From assembly GCA_044226015.1 (NCBI GenBank), contig JBGAHS010000004.1, positions 64,001 to 128,000 on the forward strand: 64,000 nucleotides of DNA, written 5' to 3'. Position 1 is the stretch's first letter. Every line of letters starts with the position of its first letter. Shown one piece after another: positions 17,659 through 28,177 of this stretch. The position numbers were made by a program, and so were the translations under genes. The notes under the pieces were generated by a model. It made no database searches, was not told the DNA's origin, and saw only the letters and a list, made by a program, of their open reading frames with translations. The stretch comes from Candidatus Obscuribacteraceae bacterium. Lineage in GTDB: Bacteria; Cyanobacteriota; Vampirovibrionia; Obscuribacterales; Obscuribacteraceae.

Positions 17659-19926
17659 CTATTTCCAGGTTCTAAGTTGCTTAACTGTATCCATATCTCT
17701 TTGTGCGAATTCCATTTTGCCCATCTTTTCGTAAGCTTCAGCTCGTCCAAGAAAGGCCTGAATATGCTTGGGGTCTAGTTTGATTGCCTCGCTAAAGTCT
17801 TGAACAGCCAGGTCGTAGTTTGAAAGACAGTTGTATGCGATTCCTCTGTTTGTATAAGCAATGGTGAATTTTGGATCAAGCTTGATTCCAGCTGTAAAAT
17901 CTGCGATTCCCTCTTTGATTTGACCAATTTGGCAGTAGTCCAATCCTCGAAATACATAGAACATTGCTACCTTAGGATTTAACGCGATCGCTTTGTTGAA
18001 AAAGGGAATTGCATCACGAAGCTTGCCCAGATGTTGAAGCGTTGAACCCAAACTGAAGTAGACGCCTCCGACATTGCAACCAAGTTCAATAGCCTTGTTA
18101 AGATCGCTTTGTGCTAATTCATATTGTCCTAACTGCATTAGTGCAGCGCCCCTATCCATGTATGCCCAATAAGATTTTGGGTTTAATTTCAAGACAATGT
18201 TATAGTCGTCTACTGCCTGTCGAAATTGACCCAGCCTTCCGCGGTTTAATGCCCTATTGAGAAAATGCTGTGCCACATCAGGACTTAGCTCAATGGACTT
18301 GTCGTAGTATGTAATTGCCTCTTGGAACTTTCCCTTGCTCTGTAAAGCAAATCCCAAATCATTGTATGCGGCTCCCAGATTCTTCTTATCCGAACCCAGG
18401 CTAATGGCCGTTCGTAAATCAGCAATAGCTTTGTCATATTGACCCAAATCAATATAGCTGAGAGCCCTATTGTGGATGTCGATAAAGTTTGGCGCGCAGA
18501 GTTTTAATGCTTGATTTAGATCCTCGATACTCTCTTGATTTTTCCCCGCTCTACCAAGTACTGAGCCGCGTATGCTTAACGCATCCGAGTTAGCCTTTTC
18601 AAGTTTTATTACTTTGTTGAGGTCAGGAAGCGCTTGTTTGTCCTGTCCTAGCTTAATGTACGCTACAGCGCGATTGAGGTAAAAAAGGGCAACGTTTGGG
18701 GACAATGCGATCGCCTTATCAAAGTCTTCTTTCGCCTCTTTGTACCGCTTCAGCTGTTTAAGAGCATCGCCACGGTTATTGAAAGCAATCGCATTCTTTG
18801 GGTCAATGCTGATCGCCTTTGTAGAATAGCTTATTGTCTCCTCGTAGTTCTTGAGTCTGCTGTAAACGCATCCTAAAGCCGTGTATGCCATAGAACAGGT
18901 GGGATTAAGAGTGATGCATTTTTTGAGATCTGCCATCGCACTTTCAGTGTCGTTAATTTCTAGATACGAATGAGCTCTTCTGTAATAAAGCTCCATTTCA
19001 TCTGGCTTGATTTTGATTCCTTGATCGAAATCGGCAATTGCATTTTTGAATTGCTTGCAGTCTGAGTAACTTGTTCCTCTGACCATGTAGGCATCCCATC
19101 TTTTGGGATTAAGTTCGATTGCCTTGTCGCAATCTTTTATGGCTTCTTTGAATTTTCCGAGCCTTTCGTAGCAGAATGCGCGCTCTTCATAAGTTGTGTC
19201 GCTGTCTTCACCAAGTTGAATTACTTGAGTGAATCCATCTAGAGCTTTTTGCCGCTCTTGCATGCGCGCGTATGCCATTGAGCGATTCTCTATAACCCAA
19301 GCAACTCTTGGCAGAATCTTCAGTGATTTTTCTGCTTCTTCCACGCACAATTTGTATTCTTGCATTTCGCAATAAGCAGAGGAGCGCAATCCATGAACAA
19401 GCGATGAGTTAGGCATAATTGCAAGAGCCTTATCATAGTCAATCATGGCAAGCTTGTATTGGCGAAGTTTTTTATAAGCCAGCCCTCGCCAGCAGTAAGT
19501 CAGCCAGAAATCGGGAAGCTCTGAAATCACATTGTTGAACTTCTCGATAGCTCGTTTGTATTCCGCTTTGTTGAGTAGGGTGAAGCCTTCGTCGAGGTCT
19601 GCCTTCGTTTGGCTTGTTATCGAGTCTGCAGGAAGCAGGACATTTGCAGGTGGTTCGGGGCTGGAAAACGCTCCGATAATCAGCTGGACGCTGCTAGGCA
19701 TCGTGCTGGCGCTGTCCTTTTCTGTCGGGAGCTTTATTTGAGGGCTGCCGCTGCTTTGCGCACCTTTGTCAAGATCAGATTCATCGGATTTGACAGAAGC
19801 GGCTATTGTGGTGTTCGCTTCTGTTTTGGGACCGCTCTTCGGTTCGAGAGCTTGGGCCGAGCCTGTACAAAAGAGGACAAATATCTCAGAGACCACTATT
19901 TTCTGTTTTAATTCCAAACGCATCAA
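17659..19926 (-). CDS. Tetratricopeptide repeat protein
   Basis: Many tandem TPR units (AY.NRG....LG.Y..AI.D..KAI.L.P). Confidence 0.92.
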   Translation of the reverse strand: MMRLELKQKIVVSEIFVLFCTGSAQALEPKSGPKTEANTTIAASVKSDESDLDKGAQSSGSPQIKLPTEKDSASTMPSSVQLIIGAFSSPEPPANVLLPADSITSQTKADLDEGFTLLNKAEYKRAIEKFNNVISELPDFWLTYCWRGLAYKKLRQYKLAMIDYDKALAIMPNSSLVHGLRSSAYCEMQEYKLCVEEAEKSLKILPRVAWVIENRSMAYARMQERQKALDGFTQVIQLGEDSDTTYEERAFCYERLGKFKEAIKDCDKAIELNPKRWDAYMVRGTSYSDCKQFKNAIADFDQGIKIKPDEMELYYRRAHSYLEINDTESAMADLKKCITLNPTCSMAYTALGCVYSRLKNYEETISYSTKAISIDPKNAIAFNNRGDALKQLKRYKEAKEDFDKAIALSPNVALFYLNRAVAYIKLGQDKQALPDLNKVIKLEKANSDALSIRGSVLGRAGKNQESIEDLNQALKLCAPNFIDIHNRALSYIDLGQYDKAIADLRTAISLGSDKKNLGAAYNDLGFALQSKGKFQEAITYYDKSIELSPDVAQHFLNRALNRGRLGQFRQAVDDYNIVLKLNPKSYWAYMDRGAALMQLGQYELAQSDLNKAIELGCNVGGVYFSLGSTLQHLGKLRDAIPFFNKAIALNPKVAMFYVFRGLDYCQIGQIKEGIADFTAGIKLDPKFTIAYTNRGIAYNCLSNYDLAVQDFSEAIKLDPKHIQAFLGRAEAYEKMGKMEFAQRDMDTVKQLRTWK

Positions 19927-20125
19927 TCATTCTCTCAGAGTCTCTTTAGCATACTATCATTTGTACTCACACTTTCCGTGTGGTCAGATTTGGAATCTGT
20001 CGAGCATTTTGAAATTTTGGCTTGCAAAACGTTCTTGGGGCAATTCTTTCTCTAGTAGACTTGAGCAAAACGCTTAGTACGACAGTTTATGGGGCAAGAA
20101 ATGGATAATTCCGAGTTTTAGACCA

Positions 20126-22591
20126 TTGAAACAGAGTAGTCCGACCATCATTTGCAAGAAGTGTCCGCAGTGCAGTACCAACTACTCTGCAGACGGCGTT
20201 GAAACGCACTGTCAACATGACGGAAATTTGCTCCAGAATATTTACAGCGACCCCTGGCTCGGTTCCACACTGGCTAATCGCTATAACATTATCAGCGCTG
20301 CAGGAAGTGGCGGCTGGGCAACGGTCTATATGGCAGAACAAGTTTCACTTAACCGCAAAGTCGCAGTGAAAATACTTGAGCGTCGTTTGCTGGATAACGA
20401 GAACTTGATCAAGCGATTCACCCGAGAGGCGCAGGCTCTGAGTTCATTGCAGCATTCTTCCATTGTTTCCATCGTAGATTTTGGAGTGGTGCCGCAGCCT
20501 TATATCGTAATGGAGTGGTTGCCCGGACCAGACATGTCTGAGTTCATTCGAGATTATGGGATGAAGACCTCGTTCAGTCAGAAACTAGCTTTATGCAAAG
20601 AACTTCTTGAGGGTCTGCAGCATGCTCATGCAGCAGGAATAGTTCATCGTGACCTGAAACCGTCTAACATAAAAATCGTTTTCTCCGCTCAGCGAAAGAT
20701 ACACGCCAAAATTCTCGACTTTGGTCTGGCAAGGCTAGTTTCTTCTGGTGATGATCAAGTTACTAGAACAGGTGAGTGTGTTGGAAGCCCAGCCTACATG
20801 AGCCCGGAGCAGTGCCAGGGTAGACCGATCGGCGAGACCAGTGATATCTATTCGCTGGGGTGCATCATGTATGAGCTTTTCGCTGGAAGGCAAATGTACG
20901 TCAGGCAAACGGTCGAGGAGTATTTCGCAGCTCATATAGCAGAGCGCCCTCCGGCACTCTTTGCTAATGCAAGCCCAGAGCAAAAAGTATTAGAGCAAAT
21001 CGTATCCAAATGTTTGAGCAAGAAGCCTGAACAAAGATATAAATCAGCTACGCAGTTATTGCAAGCTTTAGACGAACTTGCCCAAGGCAAGCTTGTTGGG
21101 AATTCTCCGCAAGGAAATCGTAAGCCCCTTCTTCTTGTGCTTTCTGGTATTGCCCTTGCCATACTGGCGGGGTCGTTCTTTGTGCTTAAGCCTGATAAGG
21201 CCCAAACCGGTGCAAAAATTGCATCTGCAAATGTTGACGCCGGCAAGTCCAAATTAGAGAGCGCGCTGAGCAAGCCAACTAAAGCATCTGCAATCTCTCC
21301 AAGCATTGTTGCAGCGACGGAGAGTAAGACGGATTCTAGTACTTCTTCTGGCAACAACGGCAAGGTCAAGGAGGCTGAGAATCTCGGACAAGATGCGGTT
21401 GAGCATGTTTCAAAAAGCAAATCCAGTGCTACAGAGACAGCCTCTGCCACTCTTGTGTCGTCTGCAAAAAATCTAGCAGAAGGCGGTTCTAAGCAAAATG
21501 CTATTCAAGTTTTCAACAAAACAAGACTTCAGCCAATCATGCCTTCAGAAAAAATTGCATACTCTAAGGCGCCTCTAGCCTCATCTTCTAAGAGCCCAAG
21601 AGAGAAAGAATTGGGTCTGCCTCATGAACCTTCTGTTCAATCGATGCAAAATAGGCTTAATTCGGAAAAAAGTGAGCCCGCCAATCTGCCTGAGTCGGAA
21701 TCGCACTTTCGTTCTAGCAGTCTCACCTGGCACGATACCGGACGTAATAAAGACATTCGTATAAACTTCTTTCGTCCCGATGCTGCAAATTCAACCATTC
21801 GCCCGGTTGTTTTGCTTGCTTCAACAAATATGAAAGTGCAAGACGAAGGCAATTGGCTAGTAAGCAGTTGGTTGAAGTCCGGTTATTTTGTAATTGTCTA
21901 TGACCCCGACAATGTTCCAAATCCTATAAATCCGACACATCATACGGTTAGTTTAGCTGCTCGCGAACGCGCTAGCGATATTTCATTTGTCATAGCGCAT
22001 TTCCGTCAGCAATGGAAAGATAAAGATCCGCTGGTTCAAAATGCACAAAGCAGTGTCTTCGTTTGTGCTGAGCGTGCACTTGCCGTCTCGGTGCTTGCTA
22101 CAGCCAGTGCTGTTCCCGAAAGTAGGATTTGGCGAGGGTTTAAACCTCTCCGCGCTGGTATAAAAGGAATTATCTTGCTCTCACCTTCTTATATGGGTGA
22201 TTTTCAAGTTTACGAGCGTATTGAGCAGCCACTACTGGTGGTGTCTTTTGCCGACGACCCAGGCACGCCTCGTTGGGACGAGGAATTGATGGGTCCGGCT
22301 GCTTTCACCCGTTCTGTGAATGCTCCAAGGTTTCATATCTTACTCTCAAGGTCCAGGCTTCTCAACTTCCTTGGCGAAGGAACGCATGAAGATGAACAGG
22401 CTTCAGTGTCGGTCGTTTGCAAGAATTTTGTCGAGGCTATTCTGGGTAACAGGAAAGCAACAGAATTTCTATGCGGAGACGGGGCCGTAAAATGCGTCGG
22501 CAAGCCTAACGAGTATTATTTCAAACTTGCAGAATCGGGAGACGAAGAAACCCTTCTTTCAGGAGGTGGGAAACTTGAAGACCATAAATGA
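20126..22591 (+). CDS. Hanks-type Ser/Thr kinase with a TM helix and a degenerate C-terminal alpha/beta-hydrolase-like domain
   Basis: GSGGWATVY, VAVK, HRDLKPSN, DFG, GSPAYMSPE, DIYSLG; TM LLLVLSGIALAILAGSFFV. Confidence 0.9.
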   Translation: MKQSSPTIICKKCPQCSTNYSADGVETHCQHDGNLLQNIYSDPWLGSTLANRYNIISAAGSGGWATVYMAEQVSLNRKVAVKILERRLLDNENLIKRFTREAQALSSLQHSSIVSIVDFGVVPQPYIVMEWLPGPDMSEFIRDYGMKTSFSQKLALCKELLEGLQHAHAAGIVHRDLKPSNIKIVFSAQRKIHAKILDFGLARLVSSGDDQVTRTGECVGSPAYMSPEQCQGRPIGETSDIYSLGCIMYELFAGRQMYVRQTVEEYFAAHIAERPPALFANASPEQKVLEQIVSKCLSKKPEQRYKSATQLLQALDELAQGKLVGNSPQGNRKPLLLVLSGIALAILAGSFFVLKPDKAQTGAKIASANVDAGKSKLESALSKPTKASAISPSIVAATESKTDSSTSSGNNGKVKEAENLGQDAVEHVSKSKSSATETASATLVSSAKNLAEGGSKQNAIQVFNKTRLQPIMPSEKIAYSKAPLASSSKSPREKELGLPHEPSVQSMQNRLNSEKSEPANLPESESHFRSSSLTWHDTGRNKDIRINFFRPDAANSTIRPVVLLASTNMKVQDEGNWLVSSWLKSGYFVIVYDPDNVPNPINPTHHTVSLAARERASDISFVIAHFRQQWKDKDPLVQNAQSSVFVCAERALAVSVLATASAVPESRIWRGFKPLRAGIKGIILLSPSYMGDFQVYERIEQPLLVVSFADDPGTPRWDEELMGPAAFTRSVNAPRFHILLSRSRLLNFLGEGTHEDEQASVSVVCKNFVEAILGNRKATEFLCGDGAVKCVGKPNEYYFKLAESGDEETLLSGGGKLEDHK

Positions 22592-22955
22592 TTATGAGCG
22601 TTTGCGCTCGTGGTACCTGGCCCGTTTGCGCAAGCTATCTCTAGAGAATGTGGCAGTACAAGGCATGACACCTGCGTCATTAATTCAGGCGGATCGCGAA
22701 AATATCGAGAAAATTATTCTCAAGTCTCAGGCAAGGAACAATGGAGAAAAAAGCAGGAAGCAGTTGGGAGTGGAACTACTTTTGCATTTCGTTCTGGTAT
22801 TGATTGTGGTATCAGTCTATCTACCTTTGCCCGCCTATGGCTTTTCACTTTCACAGTCAGCTGACCTGGCGTATCTTTCTATTGTGCTTTTGTTTATGAT
22901 TGAACCCTTGTTTGCTTTTCTCCGGAAAAACGAAAGCTCTGACCCAGCGCAATAG
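22575..22955 (+). CDS. Small hypothetical membrane protein
   Basis: TTG after AGGAGG, overlapping the kinase stop; two C-terminal TM segments. Confidence 0.6.
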   Translation: MKTINDYERLRSWYLARLRKLSLENVAVQGMTPASLIQADRENIEKIILKSQARNNGEKSRKQLGVELLLHFVLVLIVVSVYLPLPAYGFSLSQSADLAYLSIVLLFMIEPLFAFLRKNESSDPAQ

Positions 22956-22987
22956 ACACAGATAAGTTATTCAAGCTCTACTACCAG

Positions 22988-24316
22988 TTAAAACAGTCTG
23001 GGTATCTTGAAGTAGAATTTTGAACCGCGCCCTTCCACGCTTTCTAATTCCAGGTTTGAATGATGAGCCTCTAATAGTAATCTGCAGATAGGAAGTCCTA
23101 ACCCGCTTCCGCTGGACGCATCTTCTGACCTTACTTGTTTGAAGCGATCAAAAATGGATTTGCGATTTGCAAGAGGAATTCCGCGACCTTGATCCTCAAC
23201 ACTAATTAGCAAGTAATCAGGACCATCTTCAGCCGCCAGCCGCACTCGTTTGCCAGAATCAGTGAATTTTATTGCATTTGCTAGAAGGTTCAACAAGACC
23301 TGTATCATCCTGTCGCGATCAACAAATACGCGAGACTGTGAGCCTTTTACTTCGATAAGAATGCCTTTCTTTGAAGCAAGTGGCTCTGCCGTTTTATACA
23401 CATCTTCGAAAAGCTCGTTGATGGAAATTTCGCCTTGTTCGAGAGTGAGTTTTCCTGCTTCTAATCGATCTAAGTCGAGCATTTGTTCAATTAGCCTGAG
23501 AACTCGAGCAAGAGATCTTCCAGCATTATCTATCATGACGAAAAGCTGTTTGTCTGGATCGTTCCTTTCCTTAAGGTTCAGCTCAAGTCTCTCCAGCACC
23601 AGCATCACGGCATTTAGAGGAGAGCGTAGATCATGCGAGATCATTGATATAAATTCTTGCTTTGCTCTTTCCAGATTTTTTCGATCACAGATGTTTCTTG
23701 CTATGCAGAAAAAAGTGGACGAACTTTCTGACCATTCAATCGCCCATTCCAGATCCATCAAATCGCCTTCGGAAGTGGCTAGCCGGTTCTCGGTTGCAAC
23801 ATTTCCCTGTGCTCGACATTTTTCTAGTGCTTGAAGAAACCTCTGTCGATCTTCCTGGTATATGTAGCGTAGAAGTTCCTTTCCGATAAGCCCCGCTGGC
23901 GGGTATCCCCATTGTTCATATACGATGGGATTTACAGCAACGAATTTATAATTGTCCGAAATTGAACAGATAACCTCTGCAGCCTGGTCTGCTATCAGGC
24001 GTTCTTTTTCTATAGACTCGCTAATTGCCTGTTTTACCTTCTTATCTAACTCTGCGATGCTCTTGGATGCAGTTTCAGAAGCCGAATAAGTTTCGACGGT
24101 TTCAGCTAAAGCTGCAAGTGGAGAGAGAATCGAGCCGCTGACGAATTTGTAGAGATGTTTGAAATAAAGAGCTGCCGATAGGAAATTCAAGAGCAGCGCG
24201 AATCGTAGCCAGTGATCTTCATGCTGACTCAAAAGCAAACCAAGCAGAACCGTCATGGCGAGCTGCCCAAGGAAACCGCTTACTAAAAGAATCTGCAATT
24301 GTTTTGCTATCTTCAC
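22988..24316 (-). CDS. PAS-domain sensor histidine kinase
   Basis: Two TM segments, PAS, SHDLRSPL, NLLANAIKF, DQGRGI, GSGLGL. Confidence 0.93.
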   Translation of the reverse strand: MKIAKQLQILLVSGFLGQLAMTVLLGLLLSQHEDHWLRFALLLNFLSAALYFKHLYKFVSGSILSPLAALAETVETYSASETASKSIAELDKKVKQAISESIEKERLIADQAAEVICSISDNYKFVAVNPIVYEQWGYPPAGLIGKELLRYIYQEDRQRFLQALEKCRAQGNVATENRLATSEGDLMDLEWAIEWSESSSTFFCIARNICDRKNLERAKQEFISMISHDLRSPLNAVMLVLERLELNLKERNDPDKQLFVMIDNAGRSLARVLRLIEQMLDLDRLEAGKLTLEQGEISINELFEDVYKTAEPLASKKGILIEVKGSQSRVFVDRDRMIQVLLNLLANAIKFTDSGKRVRLAAEDGPDYLLISVEDQGRGIPLANRKSIFDRFKQVRSEDASSGSGLGLPICRLLLEAHHSNLELESVEGRGSKFYFKIPRLF

Positions 24317-24392
24317 TTCTTGTTTGATGTTGTAAACTAAGTCTACGGCTCAGCGCGATTATGGTATCAAATAATGACTACGAGAAGCAGAG

Positions 24393-25070
24393 ATGCCTAA
24401 AATATTGCTGGTAGAGGATGACGTGGAATTTTCCCGCGTGTTAGTCAATTTGCTTACAGAGCAACAGTACGTTGTTGAGCATGTCCTCACGGGCGCGGAT
24501 GCTGATGCCAGGCTTGGGCACTGCTGTTATGACGTGATTATTTTGGATTGGCAGCTTCCTGACAGCTCGGGACCTCGAATATGTCGAAATGCTCGCCAGA
24601 AGGGAATAGAAACCCCCATTCTGATGCTTACGGGAATGAGTGCTAAGGAAAACAAGGTGCAGGGGCTTGATGATGGTGCCGACGATTATCTTACTAAGCC
24701 CTTTGATACCGGTGAGCTTTTCGCTCGTTTGCGCTCGCTAGTTCGACGAGCTAGTAAATCCAAGCAACTCAATTTGACTGCAGGTCCTTTGCGAATTGAT
24801 CCGCAGAGCCATCGTGTATATTTATTCGAAAAGGAAGTTCAGCTTTCCAAAACAGAATTTGCGCTTCTCGAGTTTTTATTGCGAAATAAGGGGCAGATCT
24901 TTGATGCCGACGCTTTGCTAGATAGGGTCTGGTCCTCTGACTCGGAGGTCTCCAGAGACCTGGTCAAAGTCTATATAAACAAGTTGCGCAGCAAGCTAAA
25001 GGTAGAAGGAGAGCCACCCCTCATTGTGACCGTGCACGGGGTGGGTTACAGGCTTGATTCCCCCGACTGA
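24393..25070 (+). CDS. OmpR-family response regulator
   Basis: LVEDD, ILDWQLP, TKPF; winged helix ending TVHGVGYRL; divergent from the kinase. Confidence 0.95.
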   Translation: MPKILLVEDDVEFSRVLVNLLTEQQYVVEHVLTGADADARLGHCCYDVIILDWQLPDSSGPRICRNARQKGIETPILMLTGMSAKENKVQGLDDGADDYLTKPFDTGELFARLRSLVRRASKSKQLNLTAGPLRIDPQSHRVYLFEKEVQLSKTEFALLEFLLRNKGQIFDADALLDRVWSSDSEVSRDLVKVYINKLRSKLKVEGEPPLIVTVHGVGYRLDSPD

Positions 25071-25246
25071 TTGCAAGCACGGCTGAGAAATTAATTCTAT
25101 GGGCTCGGTTTGCCGGGTGCTGCTTTGCCAGCAGTCTTGTTTGGACAAATGCGTTTATTCGCATATGAGTATGCGTTTTTGTCCATTTACAACTTTTTTA
25201 CTGGGAAAAATTATGCTCTTCTCATCTTGATGGGTGAGGAGGTTAA

Positions 25247-25798
25247 ATGAGCAAGGAATTCTTCAAGAAAGGAAATCGACGCGCAAGTTTGGGATCCGCA
25301 TCAGCGGAGTTGCCGCTTTGCCTTGCGATTTCTCTATTGATGTTTGCATTTCCTTTTACCGACTTGCTCTTCATTTCAGCGCGCTATGCGCTGGCTTTTG
25401 CAAGTTGTTCCGCAGCGGCTCGAGCTGCCGCAGCAGCTCCTGCTTTTATTACTAATCAACAAACATCATTATCTGCTGTCAATGTAAGCAAAGAAAAGCT
25501 CAGCGAGTGGTCCAGCAAATTCTCTGGAATTGCGCTGCAGCGATATACGACAGTTGTCCGCGGTTGCCCCATCCCAGCAGGTAAGAGCCCTACCGAATAC
25601 GCTAGTGTGCTTCCTCCGCAGGCTGCTGCAGACAGTGACTACGTTTATGTTTATGAAGTGCGTGCTTTGTTCAGCATAGAGCCATTGTTGAAACTCGATG
25701 GATTCTTATTCGGTCCGATACAGGGACTGAACGAGCCATTGCAAATTACCTGCGTGTGTCAGCGCGTTTGTGAAAAGCCAGAAACTCTGATCAAGTAA
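25247..25798 (+). CDS. TadE-like pseudopilin
   Basis: Basic leader, G-S-A-S-A-E hydrophobic helix, AARAAA motif. Confidence 0.7.
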   Translation: MSKEFFKKGNRRASLGSASAELPLCLAISLLMFAFPFTDLLFISARYALAFASCSAAARAAAAAPAFITNQQTSLSAVNVSKEKLSEWSSKFSGIALQRYTTVVRGCPIPAGKSPTEYASVLPPQAAADSDYVYVYEVRALFSIEPLLKLDGFLFGPIQGLNEPLQITCVCQRVCEKPETLIK

Positions 25799-25813
25799 TG
25801 CGGGGAAAATGAG

Positions 25814-27436
25814 ATGAAGACTTATCGTAGAAATCAAAAAGGACTAGTGGCGCTAATGGTGGCAGCGCTATCGCTCATTGTGCTGCTGATAGGTTTTTTT
25901 GCGGCGGAACTCTGGAAAGCAAATCTGGTGGCTTCGCATCTGCGTAACAGCTGCGATTCGGCAAGTGTTGCTGCTGCTGTTCGCCTTGTAAGCGCCCATG
26001 AGGATAACCCTGCTGAAGCTCGTTCTGCTGCGAAGAAGCTTGCGATCGAGGTTCTTAGATCCAATAGTGTTGCAGGCAACACTATGGAGAATGCTAGCGA
26101 GAGAAGTATAGACGAACTGCGCCAGTTGAGTCCTGGTGATGTTGCGTTCAACATCGATTTTCTCGATGAGAAGGGGCTTGCCTCGCCGACAGGCAAGCAT
26201 GTAAGAGTTCAAGCCGCTTACGGAACACCGCCACTTTCAGGGAAGCTCATAGGACTAAGTACATATCTTGTAAAAGCTGAGGGGCACTCAGCCGCAGCAA
26301 AATTAGACCTTGCATTCTGTCTCGACAATTCGTTGTCCATGGCTACTGATACACCTTGCGGGCTCTATCAGAGAATGCAAGATTATGGAGGTGCCGGCAG
26401 CAACCCAAATGGTGTCAACTATGTAACAGTTATGCCACCCGCTCTGCGCAACACTGCCGGCTCAGGTTTAATCGAACCTCTCTATTGTTCAGTTGCAAGT
26501 AAGAAGTTCCAATTTAATGCCACAATGCGCTGTCAGAGAGACAACATTGCTCTTGATCAGGGAACTTTGCCCGGAAATAAACCCGGCGACACGATAGCTT
26601 CAACTTCTTTTACCGATAGAGTTATCGTTCCTTCAAGCGGCGAATTCTCTAATCCTTTTGTAGCCCTGGAAGCTCAGCGTGGCAATCTTGATTCACTCGA
26701 TAATTTTGAAAAGAGTGGAGCCAAACAAGCATTGGCGGCATATGCTCCAGGTTTTAGTTGGCAACCGGGCAAGAAATACAAAGAGTTGTACGAGAAAGAA
26801 GCAGCGCCACTTGTTCAGCCCTATTCCAAGGCTAAGCAGGAAATCAAAAACTTCTTCGACCTTATGGAAAGAAACACGGACAGCCATTTTGCTCTAATTC
26901 CATTCTCGGCTGGGGCCGCCTCCGAGGAGGGTGGCAAGGCGCAGCAATGGAGAGTTGCTCCACGTGTGGGAGATGCGAATCAGACTTACTATCCTTTCGG
27001 AAAGGTTGAGCTGAACAAACATCAATCTAAATACAGTAAGGTGAAGTCTGAGATCGATACATATCGACTATTTGGTGGCACTGACACACCAGCTGCGATA
27101 AGAGAAGCAATTAAAACTCTATCTAACGACAATTTTTGCCGCTCTGATGCTAGAAAAGCCATGCTCGTTTTCACCGATGGTGAGCCCGCCGCTCCAAGCT
27201 ATCCCGATGGTGCGATTCCAGAGACTCTTAAAGCTGCAAAAGAAGCTGGCGCTAAAGGCATCACTATTTTTGCTGTTGGGTTTATTCATTCGGGTAGAGA
27301 TGCTACGGCTGAGAAGTGTTTGAACGATATGGTAAACAATGGTGCACCTGGAGGAAAAGCTTTTATTGTGCAAGACATAGAATCTCTGCACGATGTCTTC
27401 AGGCTGATGTCGCGACAGCTTGTAACTCTTGAGTAG
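25814..27436 (+). CDS. TadG-like pseudopilin with a vWA domain
   Basis: RRNQKG|LVALMV prepilin site, CDSASVAAA, MIDAS DNSLSM...GGTDT...FTDGEP. Confidence 0.85.
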   Translation: MKTYRRNQKGLVALMVAALSLIVLLIGFFAAELWKANLVASHLRNSCDSASVAAAVRLVSAHEDNPAEARSAAKKLAIEVLRSNSVAGNTMENASERSIDELRQLSPGDVAFNIDFLDEKGLASPTGKHVRVQAAYGTPPLSGKLIGLSTYLVKAEGHSAAAKLDLAFCLDNSLSMATDTPCGLYQRMQDYGGAGSNPNGVNYVTVMPPALRNTAGSGLIEPLYCSVASKKFQFNATMRCQRDNIALDQGTLPGNKPGDTIASTSFTDRVIVPSSGEFSNPFVALEAQRGNLDSLDNFEKSGAKQALAAYAPGFSWQPGKKYKELYEKEAAPLVQPYSKAKQEIKNFFDLMERNTDSHFALIPFSAGAASEEGGKAQQWRVAPRVGDANQTYYPFGKVELNKHQSKYSKVKSEIDTYRLFGGTDTPAAIREAIKTLSNDNFCRSDARKAMLVFTDGEPAAPSYPDGAIPETLKAAKEAGAKGITIFAVGFIHSGRDATAEKCLNDMVNNGAPGGKAFIVQDIESLHDVFRLMSRQLVTLE

Positions 27437-27540
27437 TTCGCGCAGCCCTTTCGCTTTCACTTAGCCCAACTCAAATTCATATTACTAATCAATTCAATCT
27501 ATCTGCACAGAATTTACCGTTGTGAAAAAGGAGTCTCGAA

Positions 27541-28065
27541 ATGAAGAAATCGTCAATCCTCAGTTCAGTCTATTCTGCACAGGGGGTAGGGCGGCAGATT
27601 GGTAAGCGTTCCAGTCGCAGAAGTGTTGCCGGTAGAAATTGCCGCGGAACACTCTTTGCCGAACTTGCTGCCTCTCTTCCTATCTTCATAGCTATGCTTA
27701 CTTTAGGTCTTGATGCCAGTCTATGTGTTATGGCGCATTGCATCCTTGATGAGACCTGTGTTGATGCAGCGCGTGCTGCTTCTATGGCGCCTGATATTGA
27801 AACAGCATCAGCACGTGCTGCTGCTGTCGCGCGGATACATCAGCGCTCAGACATTGTGCCGACAGTAAGAATGGTGAAGTTTGACACCAAAGATGGCAAA
27901 TACCTTGATGGTCCTTACCTGGTGCTGGAAACTACGGTTAACTATAAGCTGCCATTTCCTATCATTGTTTTCTCTCAAACGATAACACCTGGTTCTATGG
28001 AATTGAAGCGGTTATATTCATATCCAATTCTTCCTGTAGCCCAGACCCCGCCAGCTTCTCCCTGA
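27541..28065 (+). CDS. TadE-like pseudopilin
   Basis: RG|TLFAELAASLP, DAARAAS. Confidence 0.75.
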   Translation: MKKSSILSSVYSAQGVGRQIGKRSSRRSVAGRNCRGTLFAELAASLPIFIAMLTLGLDASLCVMAHCILDETCVDAARAASMAPDIETASARAAAVARIHQRSDIVPTVRMVKFDTKDGKYLDGPYLVLETTVNYKLPFPIIVFSQTITPGSMELKRLYSYPILPVAQTPPASP

Positions 28066-28177
28066 GCTTCAGTCGTTCGAAAGTGTGTGCCTTTCGTCGG
28101 GTGGACTGGGCGGACAAACGGTTCTTGCACTATGCGGAGCGCAAGAACCGTTTCCTTTGATTTAGATTCGATGGATC

